From Phoronis australis (lineage: Eukaryota > Animalia > Phoronida), in assembly GCA_002633005.1 (NCBI GenBank), contig NMRA01000118.1:248707-312706 (forward strand): 64,000 nucleotides of DNA, read 5' to 3'. Below, piece by piece: positions 1 to 15,000 of the stretch; the first letter of the stretch is position 1; every line of letters starts with the position of its first letter. Position numbers and translations under genes: made by a program. The notes under the pieces are model-generated. The model did not search any database, was not told the DNA's origin, and was given only the letters and a program-made list of their open reading frames with translations.

Positions 1-42
1 CAGCAATGTTGATTTTGTAGGTGCCACCACTCTGCAAGGCAT
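1..42 (-). CDS. Exon truncated by the window edge: DALQSGGTYKINIA...
   Basis: GATTTTCAG acceptor; L-x-x-G-x-x-Y REJ-type continuation. Confidence 0.78.
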   Translation of the reverse strand, partial: MPCRVVAPTKSTLL

Positions 43-3000
43 CTGAAAATCACATGTCAACCACGATAACAAACTTCCACTGCCAAGCGTCTTTCGAGTT
101 GCCCCATCACTGTCACTTTTTTGCATTTTTTGAAGAAACTTTAATCTGTCAATCTCTTACCCGTTGAATTTCAGTTGATGCAATGACCTCTAAACTTTCC
201 ATCGTCTAGGTTTAATAGACTTAATTTAAAAACAATTCTGATTCAGGATCCCGGTTTGAAATGTCAGATGCAAGATGGGGCCTAAACTTACCTCAGATTA
301 GTCATGACTAAAATATGATCAGTTTGTGACTAAATAATTAGTCATGACTGGAATGTGACTAGAATGTCTGAAAATATGTGATAGACTTTCCATACTATAT
401 GGGTATCACTTAAATGAAACTAATATATCCTTGTGTATATGGATGTGACTTAAATATGAGTAATTGATATCTTTGCCTCAAACAGGTATAACTTTTACTT
501 ATTACACCCATGAGGTTACAGAGTTTCTTAGTGGTAGTCTAATTTCACAAGTATGGTATTCCATAAGCTCAGAGCTTTAAGTTATGTCAAAATTCTCACA
601 AAAAGTGCACCAGGAATCCAGTCCAGGTGAAAATTGACAGTTGCACCATGGTCCTGGGAAGGTTGGAGTTTGCTAATGCCAACACAAAAGTCCATTGAAT
701 TCAGCCCAGCTGCTTGGGCTGCTTGGTCACCTATGTAATCCTTTATGACAAGTACCTCATTATGTCATAAAACTAGGTGCCTGTTGACTGTTGGCAGCCC
801 AGCCAGCTTGCTCTCTATTGTGTTGGCAGGGAATGGGGTAATAGAAACTTGTGCTTCAGTTCACAAATTTAACTGGATTTTGGCTTGAATTTTCACCTAT
901 ACCTAGGTCCCTCATGGGGGAACACCACACCAGGAGGTGGTACAGCAACCAGTTAGGTACTGTATTGGGTCAGTACCATTTCGACTGGAGCACCTTAATT
1001 TCTAGTCTCCTGAAATTTTCAGAATGATAGGCAATGTTAACAGTGTAATTTCCTCTCCTTATGGCTTAGCCTTAAACCTGTATTATATATGCAACACAAA
1101 ATAAAAGAAATTTCCCACCACGACCGCCAACACTTCGAAACCAGTCATAAAAAGATCACGCCTAGTTGTCTAATCCACAGAGGTAGTGTCGTGATCTTCA
1201 AAAGAAATAAATATTCTTGGAATTTTTTTGGACGAAAATATTAATTTTACAATTTCGTTTCCAGTGCTTTTTCCTAGCACTTAGCCCTGTCGGAATTTTC
1301 TTGTTTGACTGAATTTTCTGTAATTTTTGTCCAAATGTGGGGAAAGGGAAATTATCCCCTGGTTATAAGCCTATGCACAGACAATGTGTTATAGCATAGT
1401 TGACAACATCACACTAACTGTATGCGCTACTTAGGAATATTTCATTGAATAGGGTGTCGGGGAAAAAATTGCTAATAGGGGTCCACAGCAGTCGGACCAC
1501 CCAAAAATCAACATCCTTGGCCTTCTCAGCAGAAACACATTCAATTTTGTAATGATCCTTCGAGTGGCTTGACAGACAGAAAGATGCACTTCAACAAAAA
1601 ACATACTAAAAGTGATAAAAATGGCTACTCAAAGGCACAGAATACGACAAATCATTCATAGAAAACCTCTACGTCCCAGGCACGCCTTTGCCAATAAAAG
1701 CATGTCCGACAAATTTCATTAACACCTTTCACAATTACAACGTCAATCATGAACCTTGTTCACCAAAGTGGAAAATCAGAGAGGAGAACGGTCAACACTC
1801 AGACGACCAACACCGCGAATTCCCCTACTCGTGTGATGATTCCCTATGTTAAGGGTGTGTCTGATCTTCTCAACAGGACATTTAAACAGTTTGACATTTG
1901 TGCCATTCACAAACCGGTTGATTTTCTCCGCAGCCAACTGGTTAACGTCAAAGACAATGCTCCTAAGCATAACAAATCATGCGTAGCCTATGGTGATCAG
2001 TGCAAGAACCCACAATACTTAAACATCTATGTCTGGTGAAATGAAACAGTCCTTAAAAATGCACATGTCACAACATTGTCGCCCTAGTTACGGGGACACA
2101 TGACTCGGCTATCTTTTGCCACTTATGCGCCACCGGACATGATTTTGATACTGATTATGTCACTATCCTAGACTGTGAGGAAGATTGGTTAAGAAGCTTT
2201 GCATGAGTGCATCCAACGCCTCTCACAATAAACAGGGTGGATTAAGGTTCCAACTGCTACACATATGGGATAGTGTCCTGACCTCGATGAATTGCAGTCT
2301 GGCTAAAATGCCACCTACCATATTGATTGTAACACCACCAGCCAAGCTGATGTCCATGAGAGATGGACGCAACGTCGCTAAGCCAATTCCGACTTATTTT
2401 TTTCTATACCTTTCAGCAGATGAAAAAAGCATACAATCATCAAAATGAAAAAATGGACTAAGGGGGCACCCAATATGGCATAAGGGTGCACCCAATGTGG
2501 CATCAGGGGGCAACCAATGTGGCATCAGGGGGCAACCAATGTGGCATCAGGGGGCAACCAATATGATGGTAATGTTTAGTACGATGACATTCCCACAATG
2601 TACCTGTCAACTTTCGTAAATGTCCATCGAAGGACAAGGTAGATATAAATTAAAGCCAATAAAAAATATTGTCACCAGCCCGTAAATGTAGGTGCATGAC
2701 ACACACAACAAGAGTAGAATTAGTTCATAGTCCACATATGTTCCCATGTTCATAGGATCAACACACCTGCCAAATTTCACAAAGAATGTGGAAGGGCAGA
2801 TACAGTAACAGATACCAGACGAAAGATGCCTAGACTCTCACACAGTGTGAGTGCATAAAAAGCAAACAACAGAAACATTCCAATTACCTTTAGCAATTTT
2901 TAGGACACATCGGTACTTCTTTTCCTGGCTATTCGTGGTACTTTTTTCGATGAACTCAGTGATCTCAACTTTAGAAATGTCAAATGTAGCATAATCTGAA

Positions 3001-6000
3001 AAGAAATAGACAAGTCCGTTTACTCCAGTGCTTATTCTAAAAGCACAATGGTGGCTTTATGACATCATTTTTGTGATACTGTCTGGAAGTATACTGTCTG
3101 AATTTTGGCTTAAGCCTCCATTGATGTTCAAATAATAAAAAGATGGTGAACTGTCCCCCATGTGTTGATTGTCCACACAGAATTGTTATCACGTGGTCTG
3201 TAAGGTATTTCCAGGCAACAAGCTCACAGACGCGTAAAAAACTTCACCTATTCAGGTAACAATTTGGAGGACAAGTGAAATTTTGTTCTTCATTTTTCAT
3301 AAAAAATGTGTGGCTCCAAATAAAAATATTGCTCATTTTTCAAGTACCATTACACTAAAAATAACTACAAAATTAACGCACACTGTTTTGAGAAACTGGC
3401 ACTCAAAAAGCCTTAGATTTTCATGTAATTACAAGTCAGGACTATGCACTGGTTTATGAATGGTTGTAGTAGAACATTTAATTGAATAATGATCACCAAG
3501 AAGTATATTGGAGAATGCTAGTTTCGATAATGCTGTTTCTGGCAGACTGGATAACAATTTATGAGTGAATACTACTTGACAGTGTGAGATTGGATAATGG
3601 CAAGTGGTAGTTTGGTGTAGACTTACTTGTAGATTTGGTAATGATAGTTCGGATAACACTACTTCTGGTATTATAACACTTTTGGACAAATATAGTGGCC
3701 AAAAATTACCATTTATGATCGACATAAGTCCTGAATAATACAGATATGATACATGCATCACAAGGTCATTACCAGAGATGAAAAGGAGACCGAGGTAGGC
3801 AATATATGGTCACTTATTTTGACTAATACAATTATAAGTAATCCATTTCTCAATATCCAAGTTCCTCGAACGCTGCTCACATTTTTCAAAACATTTTTCA
3901 TGGCAGCTTTGGTAAAGAAACTGAATAAAGTCATGGCATTAATTGGACACAATCAGAAAATACAATTTCGCTTTTCGGCCATACTGTATCCTAAAATTGG
4001 TGATTATATGGTTTTATTGAATTATGATAGTTGCAGCACACTGCAACCTCCGATTGTGTTTGGTGACCTGGGAAAAATCTCAAGTCACCACAAAGTCACC
4101 ACATCTAGTATGAAAGACAGAAATAATTCCCCCGAAATTCGTGTCAGATTACGGTGACTTCCAAACTTTCCTTGATTTAATGCGTTGAAAGTCGTTTGCG
4201 AATAGTATTTTTTAAATATCACTTAGTGTCAGGTGCGCTGATTACAACAATTGCTGGAGTACATGAGCTTATCAGATGAACGCAAACAATGAGATAGCTG
4301 GACTATGTAAACATTTTGTTTGTCAACATTCTCCCCTTGCTATCGCTGTCCGATTGATAAGAATATGGCTGTAACCCGAGTTACTAATCCCCAAAACCGG
4401 GAAACTCATCCTACAGGGTGGGGCTGTCACATTCAGAACATCGTATCTCAGAAATAGCTCATCAGATTTATAACAAACATTCAGAAACTGCGTTGTGCTG
4501 TGGTCTCCAAATCGCTTTAGACATTGTTTTTGAAATGTATCAACTTTACAGGTGAGAGGAGCTTTAAAAATAGCACTTTATTTAATGATTTAATCAGTCT
4601 GTAATTAAAATAAACTCCAAAGATGCATCAAACAAAAAAGAATTGTAAACTAAGTGTTTTGAGATCTCATCTTGAACGCAAAATTTGACCATGTTGTTAA
4701 TACCGTTGTTTTTGCTAAATTTAACTTAAAAGACATGACCATGATTTCCAAACTGACTAAAAGTAAAAAAATCAAATTTTACATTTATTTATTTCCACTT
4801 CAAGATTCTCATATTGCCATCATGGTGCTTTTTTCATCCATCTTGCAAGTCTTCTTTTTAAGTCTTCTCCTTACGTCATAATAAATGACATTATTCGCAA
4901 TCCTCATAATCTTGTTGCATATTTAGCTCATGGCGTACCCAAGGCAAAATAGATTACGATAAATTAAATTTAACTATAATTGTTAAATGCATTTATCGTC
5001 GTCATTTTGACATTTGTCACTTTTACTTTTATATCAACCCTTAGGGATTGTTTTGCAGTACTCGTTTCTATTTACAGCCTCAGGGGTCTACTTTAATTTG
5101 TACTCAAACATTTCTCTCGTCGACTCCTGATTGGGCAATCATATTTCCTAGCTTAGCCTCGTTCATACCGGCAGCCACCTACCTCGTCGTCTGCAAGACC
5201 TACGTTTTTCTGTATTTTTCCCTACCCTCCATCCCGGGTGCCTGTTTCTTATCTATAGTTTTGAAGATAGATGACAAAATACACATATTTGTCAATAAGG
5301 TCCTACATAATGTTAACATTATAGTGATGGTGACTAAGATGATACAATGAAAACAGGATGTTAAAACAGGATTGTCCAGCTGTCTCATTTGTGAGGTCAT
5401 CAGTGTCATGAGCAGGGTACAATAACAGATCATTGCAACGTGATGGACAGACATGAGAAGGTAGGCCATGGCAGGACACTGGATATTGAAAGTAGAGGAA
5501 TAATAATATAATAAATAATAATATTTCTAAGCAATGATGTGACAATAGAGCTGCAAAAACATGACTGAAAGACCTGTAACTGGATCAAAGACTATATGTC
5601 CTATATCACACCACAGTACCTGCTCCAGTGTCCAAACTGTAAACGATACCGCTGCGTAATACCGGCGACCTGCTGGAGATTAGGAAGCGTCCAAATAGCT
5701 GTTTTCCAGCCCGGACGCTGACTTCGCCAGTTCGGATAACACCCCTGGGTCTAATCTGTGAATGCACGATGAAGTAACTGTACTCGTATCAATACAGATT
5801 AACATGTTCAATGTCTGAATGGTCTATTACCATTTAACCCCACTCAGGAAATATTACCAATGAGCACCGTTGAGGATATAAAAACCAATTAGCCCCACTG
5901 AGGACATAAAACCAATCAACTCCACTCAGGAAATATTACCAATGATCTCCACTCAGGACAATTACCAATGAGCCCACTCAGGACATTTTTTCCAAAGAGC

Positions 6001-9000
6001 TGCGCTCAGGATATACTACCAAAGTGAACCCCACTCAGGAAATAAGTCATGAACCCCATTCAGGAGATATTACCAGTGAGCCCCACTCTGGACATATTAG
6101 TAATGAACCCTACTCTGGACATACCAAATGTGCCCACTAAAGACATCAAACCAATGGGTCCCAGGATGTATTACCAATAAGCCCACATAGACATATTTAC
6201 CAGTTAGCCCACATGGGACATATTAGTATTAAGCCCCACTCAGGACATGTTACACTTCTGGAACTCAGTGTTAAATCACCTTATTTGATTTGAATTTATT
6301 TCTTTTGAGAAAAAATAAACTCAAATTGAATTATACAAGTCCTAAAAAATGCAAGTTGAAAACATGGGTTGAGCGCATGTCCATTCTCACTTAAAAGCCA
6401 TAAAAAATCACACTCTGCTGATAAAATAACTGTCTACATCGATGCAAATTTCATTTTGCTCTTTCAAAGCAAAAGCAATGACATCGCTTTTTATCCAATC
6501 AATTGGAATTGATTATAAATGTAATTCCAAGACGGCCGTGTTGCCTTGGCAACTGAAACTATCAGGAAAAAACTAAAAAAACAACTGCAGGTGGTCTGGT
6601 ACAGGCTGCGCATGTGGGCCCACTTCACTGATCGCCTGGAACTATTTTTATGCTTTATTTAAAATAGTAAGTTAAAACTGAGCTGAGGAACTAGTAACCG
6701 ACTCAAGGGTTTAGTCATGTGACACAATGGGACTTGAACCCACGACCTCAAGTAAAGAAATCGGGCACCTATCACACCAGGCGATACTGCCTCCACAGGA
6801 TGTAGCATGCAACTTTTAAGGGGCCTAGCATGAAAAAATGACAACTAGTCGGTTCTTCTCAAGCCTTGAAAAATGTCTTATCTTTATAAGGAACAAGCAA
6901 GGCCATCACCGATTGAGTTATGCAGAGTGCAATCAAGAGGTGCCTATAAGTGGCTCTAACTGTTACCCGCGTAGGCTTGCCAGCTACCATAGTCATTATG
7001 ATGGACTTGGTATAACTCTTACCCGCGCAGGCTTGCCAGCTACCATAGTCATTATGATGGACTTGGTATAACTGTTACCAGTGGAGGCTTGCCAGCTACC
7101 ATAGTCATTATGATGGACTTGGTATAACTGTTACCCGTGGAGGCTTGCCAGCTACCATAGTCATTATGATGGACTTGGTATAACTCTTACCTGTGGAGGC
7201 TTGCCAGCTACCATAGTCATTATGATGGACTTGGTATAACTCTTACCCGCGCAGGCTTGCCAGCTACCATAATCATTATGATGGACTTGGCATAACTCTT
7301 ACCCGCGGAGGCTTGCCAGCTACCATAGTCATTATGATGGACTTGGTTGAAGACAGTCCCTGAGCGTCCTTGGCAACTGTCAAGCTCAGTTGGTAGCGAC
7401 CTGCTATGAAACTGCTTGGGTCCAGGCTTAACTTGGCTGTTCTACTTGAGGTAGGATCTAATGCAATGCTGGCCAAGTACTGATCGGAATCATCGATCTG
7501 GAATGAAAGCCAGTTAAATGTCATATGCTGAGTTTGCTACCTGAGTGTTCACAAATTTAATTTAGGAAGCAAGTCTCACCACCTTCCATATAAAGGGAAT
7601 ACACACATGACACAGATGTTTACCAAAACGTAATTATAGTTTTCATATTAAGAAAATGAACTGTTCAGCTGTTAAAAACTTCAGTAACCAAAATTTAAGA
7701 AAAGAATGACATCAGTCAATCCTTGGAATGAATATATTGAAAAATCTAAGGCATGAATACAAGATGCCATATGTTCCCCCTGAAGGGCTACATACAGCGC
7801 TACATTCCCATATGTTCCCCCTGACAAGCTACATACAGCGCTACATTCCCATAGGTAAGTCATATCATCGGAGTAGCCATTGGGGTCACTGCTCTCTTCA
7901 CCACTGAACTCAATTATCCCGTCGTCTATACCAACACGCCGCTTCTTTAAGCCTGCAAGAACAATTAGAATGTAGCATATTCACTGACCACTGTTAGTAA
8001 CAATGAAAATCAACAACATTACGGCGTTTTCCCATTGCTCCCAACTTGTTCAATTCTATAGCCCAACAACAAGATGGGAAGTTTACACCTGTAGCCAATA
8101 TCTTACACGACTGATTAACATATCTGAACATAAACCAATAGGCTACGCATTTCTGAAATCTTCGTCAAATGGTGATCATGTTTAGTTTTTGAATCGCCAA
8201 AATCGCTCAACTGCAACCGAAGTTACCACAATCAATTCTTTCCGAATAGGCCAACCCCAATTCACTTTGAGTTTCACTGTGTTCACACGTGGTGTGTAAT
8301 AAGCCTAGTAGATAATTGGCCTGCTTGTTGTCATAACAGACAAAAGACTGTGCTTATTGGCAGTTAACTAACAAGCTAGATGTTATCACAAGTTCAGAAC
8401 CCCCTACGTCTGGTAAAGTCACTGAACGGGAAAATGCTGAATACCAAATGTTCCAACATGTCTGCTCTCACACCCAGAACACAGCATAACACTGCATTTA
8501 CCCCCATCTGCTGGTTGGAGCAGCCATTTACTCCAGGCATTTAAAAGTGGTTACCCAAAACTGGCCAACTTGACAAGCGCAATTATAGCTAGTACAGTAA
8601 AGGAAAACAACAAAGGAGCACCGAAACGGGAAGTACACAGTGTCACTTAAAATGTGCCATTTTGACATGAAAATTGACAAAATGGGAGTTCTGTTCTATC
8701 AAAAACACCATAGATTTTAAGTCAAGTAATACACTGAAAACCAAGATATTTTTTCACAATCCAAAGAAGCCAATTATCCAACTTGAAAACAAAGTCTAGA
8801 GCTGTTACTCTACTATAAAATCAACTGCTTGACTCACCCTGAATAACAGCTTTCAGAGGAAGACTTTGAACAGTGACTGTGACTGACTGGATAATGGGCG
8901 TGGTGCCGCTTGCTTCGATAGTCAAGGTGAACACTGTTGTTGATCCAGCTGCAAAGCATTATGGGTACTAGACGTACAGGTTCTTAATGTCAAGGTGAAC

Positions 9001-12000
9001 TTAAGGCAAGTAAATTTGATGCCGTCCAATTTCATTTTCAATGAGAAGCCTTTAGTACAAAATTCAATATAGGTGGTAAACATGTACAGAAAAATGATTT
9101 CAGTTGGAGCTAATGACGATTTTGCTATGCAGGAACCCCAAAGATTTATTAGCAAGCTATGATATTTAAGTGGAAAAACACAAAGTTGACTTTAATCACA
9201 AGATTAAAAGAATATCCCAGCTCTCACATGTTTGCCATACTCCAAAGAATGAGTGCTCCTCAAATCAGATTATTGTATCCTGAGTTCAAATTCCAGTCAT
9301 TTCTGTAGAAAACTTGGCCTCTAAGTTCTGTAATTTAGTCTCTCTTACTAGGTGCATCAGCACGGCAGTGTTAAAGTAACCTGCACTAGACTTCGACAAC
9401 CGATTGTGGTTGGAGCAGAAACTCAATCATTTTTGAACCCAAGTCCACTCTGATATTTTCAAATGACTCATAAATCCATGCCTTTAAAAACAACTGTCAA
9501 TCTTTTGGATTCCTGAAATAAGAAAGTCACCGACATTTCGCATTGAATCCAGAGATTTTCCCGGTCATCAGCTTTCAGATTATTCTTGGGTACAATTTAG
9601 GACTGCATGTGAGCTGCATGTACAAACATTCTAGACTTCACTTAAAAGGAAAGGAACTCAGTTAACATGGTGCTCCATTGTGAAATGCGCAAAGCACAGT
9701 ACCGCCCAATCTCTCTTCAAAGAAATACCCACTTGCAAACAAACTGAATATGGACATGTCAGGGCTTGGAATGATCAATGACAAGATAGAAAAAAAAATT
9801 CCAGGTGATGTATCGTTCCACAAATAGGCTTATTTTTTGTGCTGTAAAATTGAACTGAAATAAACATTTTTGTCAAAATAATGATAAGAGACGAAAAAAA
9901 GAGGAAACTGGAAATCAAATAAGAGGAAATCGAAACCAAAATGAGGAATACACCTTAAAAGAGGAAAATTCCAAACCCTGACATGCGCAGTGTACCAACC
10001 TGGCAGACTACGTTTTTTCAATGAACATATGTGCCTCCTGCACAAATCCACACCACTTCTTGCTGGACTTGATGACCATGTATACGTGACTCGGCCAAAC
10101 TTAGCACAAGATGGCTTCCTAATCGTAGACTCAATTCTTATCCTGGAAACACAGTTCAGTAACATTTGCGACTACGTGTAACTTCAGAACAGCAGACAGG
10201 TGGGTATTAAGACTATGCAGGACCCTAAAAAATGTCCACTTTTGGGTAATTTTGGTATGCAAGATCTCAGATGGCTGATCGGATTGATACGTAACTTTCA
10301 GAGACACTATGCACGCAGCAAAAGTCCTCCAAAGCATGACAGGTTAGGAACTGGTTTTAAAACTTTCCACTTTAACGGTAGAGGCCATCAACAAACAGGA
10401 CTTCTGTAACTTTATGAAAAACCTCAAAAAAAAGTTGCATCAATCGAAAACAAAATGGGAATTTAGAGATCGAGCTATAAAAATTGCAGATTTTCTATTT
10501 TTGCACAGTGTGTGAAGTACATGCATGTCATTTGCTGTACGGGGTCGGGCATGTTTTTGGACGGCTTTACATCAAAAAAACTGTGAGGTAACGGTTCTAA
10601 GTTTTTATTTTCTCTAAAAACTTGAGACTACTAAAAGCAAACCTTGGTTACAAGGTAGGTCCAAGGAGGTTCATTGTATTACGAGGTTCCACTACATAAT
10701 ATATATGCATGCAGCAGGCGCATATTAAAATATACCAGCTATAGACAAGATCTGATAAGTGGATGAAATGATTTCAAGTTGTGGACTTCAATTTTTCAAT
10801 AACATACTAATTGTATGCCTCAATCTAAAATGACCAGCTCAAAATTAATGCTCAAAATTAATGGCATTCCGTTGCATGATTGGCTCGCTAAAAAGATTAC
10901 TTTGATTGGCATGTGGACTTAGAAATGTGCATTGCATATTGAAAAATATACCTTCAAAACTATAGTAGAAATAACATTTAAAAAATTACACAACATATGA
11001 ACAAGTTCACCTAGTAAATCATGAAGTATAGAAATTCCAAGTTATACATGAATGGATAGTTGGGGAGTTCTTACACATCACAAAACTTGGTCGGTTGACA
11101 ACGACAATCCCTGAGTGAACAGATTTGCAAACAATAAAAATAAACAACTGTTACAAAACACTTCCAATTGAAAACACATGGCACTGCAGGAACTATTACC
11201 AAACACAAAGTCCTTTACAACACACAATGTTTAGTACAAGGGTTGCTACCCAAAATGAAGTCCCATGCTGCAAAAGTGGTTGGCAGGCCACATGTGGCCC
11301 ACAGCTGTGGCCAGTTGCTGATTCCAGGGTCTAGAGTTCAATCTTTTACTGACTCGAAATCTAACTCAAATGTTTCTTATGGAGGGCTTGGAATGGCCAA
11401 TGACAAAAACGCGGAAACTTTTACGGCTCAAAACATGCGCACTAGTCAGCCTTGAAATAGTCGATATGAACCTTACGCCGACAAAAAAAAATCGGGAGGA
11501 CTAAAAAAAAGAAGAAAAAAACAAAAAAACGTTACCACCATCAGTAGCATGCGTCTGCGTCTTTTGGCTCGTCCGTCCGCTCCCACCCCCACACATTTTT
11601 GGCTGCAGCGCCGTAGTATTTGTCACCGTGGTTTACAATCACACGAGACGCCATTGAAAATCCCACCATGCTATCCAAGATGCCCCGGCAATGTTGACAA
11701 TTTACGTTCTTCCGAAACATAAAGAGTAACTTCCGCTTTTCGAGGTGAACGTCGTCGGCAACCCCGCGGTAAGAAAGGAATTTGCCGCGGAAATTTTATA
11801 TCAAATCCGATTTTTTTTACGTGGAAATATAATAAAATGCGCGGACAGAACATTTGAAAAAAGCGGAAATCCGCATTTCCGCGGAAAATTCCAAGCTTTG
11901 CTTATTTAATCTACGCTCGGGCATACAATTGCTTCAAACAGGGATAGCTGTTTAATCTTACTTTGCATTTGATGACCCCACCATTAAAGCTGAAAATTGG

Positions 12001-15000
12001 AGTCCGAACTTAAAGTTTTGAGTTTTTCAAGTTTTTACTTGTTGTCTAACAACTTTATTAACTAGCTCGAATTTAGGGTTAACCAAGTGTGAACTTGGAA
12101 CTAGAAAAGAATTACCTTAAACCATGATGAACACATTACCTTAAACCATGATGGACACAGCAACACAATATTAAAAATTTATCTCGAGTTCGCACAAAAC
12201 TAATTTTGAGTCTGATTTTGAGTACGAAGCTTAGACCTTGGCCCCAGGTCAAGGCAACATGTCTGGAACAGCTGAGTGAAGCCATAGCGCACCATATGAA
12301 TCATTACCTGTCATTATAACTAGGGTTTTCTGGATTGGAGGCCATTGATGTTATGATTGGAGTTTGTCCACTGTCGGCCTTGGCTACATGCTGAGCAGAG
12401 GCAGATTTGTTGAACACATTAGTGACAGTGACGGTGAACGTGTAAGTGGCGTCCTCTGAAGTCAATGACGCGTCCAGTTTAACACGCGATTTTTTCTCCC
12501 CTGCAAAAATATTGAGTATTATGAATTCGAAATCAGTGTACTCATTGGCCACAATGCAGTTTGGAAGAATTTAATAAAAATGTGATAGGTGTAGATCACA
12601 TACCAAACACAGGACAAAATCTTAAAGCCAAGCAAGAGACAAATTAACATGAAAAAACACCAACCCAGATTACAATAAAATTGCAGCTTAGGGACACACA
12701 AGGAGATTAATCCATGAAAAAATATTGCATGTTGCACCATCGTTGCGATGAGCATATCAGACAAATTTCATACAAAGAATCTAAGCAAACAAAAAACACT
12801 AAAAAATGGAACTGAATTTCTTGAAGTTCTCGCCATCTGCCCTTGCCTACATAAACACAAAGCTAACAAAGTCACGAAAGAACCCGCAAGGAATTTTTTG
12901 AGATACAGGTGTGGTGCAAGATGGTCAGATGGCGGATATACACCACAGCAATATGCAGTCATGTAAGAATGTATATGGGGACACACAAAAACATACTTAT
13001 ACAGAGCCAATTGAAACATCTAACATAATATGTTAGTATTACCTGATGTTGCCTCAATCCATCAAATAAAACATTGCGGCATGGTGTATCCAGTTTCAAG
13101 AATCAGTACTACAAGGTATGGATTTATCAAAGGAGCATCTTGTTCAAACATGAAAAAACTTCCTTTGAATATATCGAGATTGAACAATATTAAGGACAGT
13201 AGAAACTTGCATCTGTTATCAGACTATGGCAGACTTACCATCCAAGACTGCTTGTATATCCGTCACATTAGTGTCGTCAACACTGGATACCGTCCAAGTG
13301 TATTGCAGCGGCCGGCAGATGCTGCCCTTTGGAACCTGCGCCGTCATCCTTAGTTTACTGCCAGGGCACTGAGCAATAGTGGCCGATCCACTAATCTTAA
13401 CAACAGGAACTTCTTGAAATGAGTCTCCTGACACAACAACTGTTTTGGCAGCCATGGCTTTGCTGTACTTCTGACCAGCATGTTTAAGGACGTTGGCTCT
13501 GAATTTCAGACTGTCACCTGCTCAACACAATTATAGGGTAATGTGGTAATGAATATGGTAAGAAGGAATGCTCAGAGAGTGGAAAAAGTATAGTTAGTGA
13601 ACACTACATGCCATAATCCACAGGGTGTTGCCATATCTTAGAGGAGTTCATCTAGATTTTATTGCTATGAGTAGATGGTTTCGTCCACAGATTGTTTCAA
13701 TATGTTGGATGGTTTCATACACAAATTGTCAATCAGAGGCACTTGATGATTTTATTGAGACACATCCATATCCAGTGATAGTTCATAACTTATTTGTCAA
13801 ATTTCATGCACATCTATCACGTGGATAGATATGAAGGTCAACACAGAGAAAAACAAAATCGCCCAACCTGTTAACTGGATTGTTCACTTCTCCGCTTTAT
13901 ATAAAAATTATTATTATGCATCATACTTGTTTGATAGCAAAACATGGTGTTACCCAAGTTTAAACAGTAGCGCAGAGGTCACACTCTCATGTCTAATAAT
14001 CTTAACTAAACTTGGACACCCAAAAATATATAGAACATTTGGTACTTAAAACATATGAAAATCAGCAGAAGTAGACCGCCCTATTACTATTAAAGACAGC
14101 ATGCAACTTCCTTGGGATGTAAAAGTACACAAAAAACCTCAAAACTCATACCTGGTTTGAGAATGCTGTTCTCGATGGTGACGACATTTTTGGACACAAA
14201 GCTACACTTTACATCTGAAGCAAGGGCAGTCTCTATACCTTTTGAGCAACTTTCTAAGTTTGTCCTATCGATGGGTAAGTCACTCACGATGGCTAATCTA
14301 CAGTCTGCAAAAACAGCATGAAAGACGCTCATCACATGGTCAATAGCACGACTGACTGATATACTGACTACAGTAGCCGATATCAACAAATCTGTTCATG
14401 GCAACAAGTCATAAATCTTTAATTCCGAGTGAAACTATTTTCTGAAAAAATTGTGAGGAAAGCTAGATCAACTGGTCATGCGGGAAAAATAATAAGTCAT
14501 GGCTCATCAGTTTTGCAAGACTGCACGCAAAATTAGTAGCTGTGACAAACAAAAGGTTTTAGACGTAGGTAACGAGTCATGATAGCCCACAATCAGTCAT
14601 CTTTCAAATGAATCAAAGGAATTATTTATCATAACAGAGAAATGGTGAAATTCAATGTAATCAAGAAATGGTAAATCAAAATAAATCATTTCCTGTAATT
14701 TTTGCAGTTGGGAGAATTAGCTGTCTCTTGGTGATGAAAGAGAAAAGCATTTCGTCAGTTAACTCAGCGTATCTCACATTAGATCTTAGGGTCCTATTAC
14801 ACCAACTAAGGTACTTTTTACGGTGGCATATTGAAAATATTACAAAAGCAAGTAAGAATAAACTAAGTGTTGCACAATTTAGGTGAGAAGCTCAATATGC
14901 AATGTTTTGGAAATCAAGCCAATCTCTCTAACATACCCAAACTGTTTCGTGAATACAACCAACTTCATCTAGATGCGCTAAGAAGTTCTGAGAACAGGTT

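Noticed and set aside
3429-5545. Several 60-134 aa ORFs on both strands
   Set aside because: Low-information translations of intronic or repeat DNA with no motifs, not phase-compatible with the gene.
6958-7346. CRISPR-like regular array
   Set aside because: Units are contiguous with no unique spacers and derive from an exon end; eukaryotic context with no cas genes.
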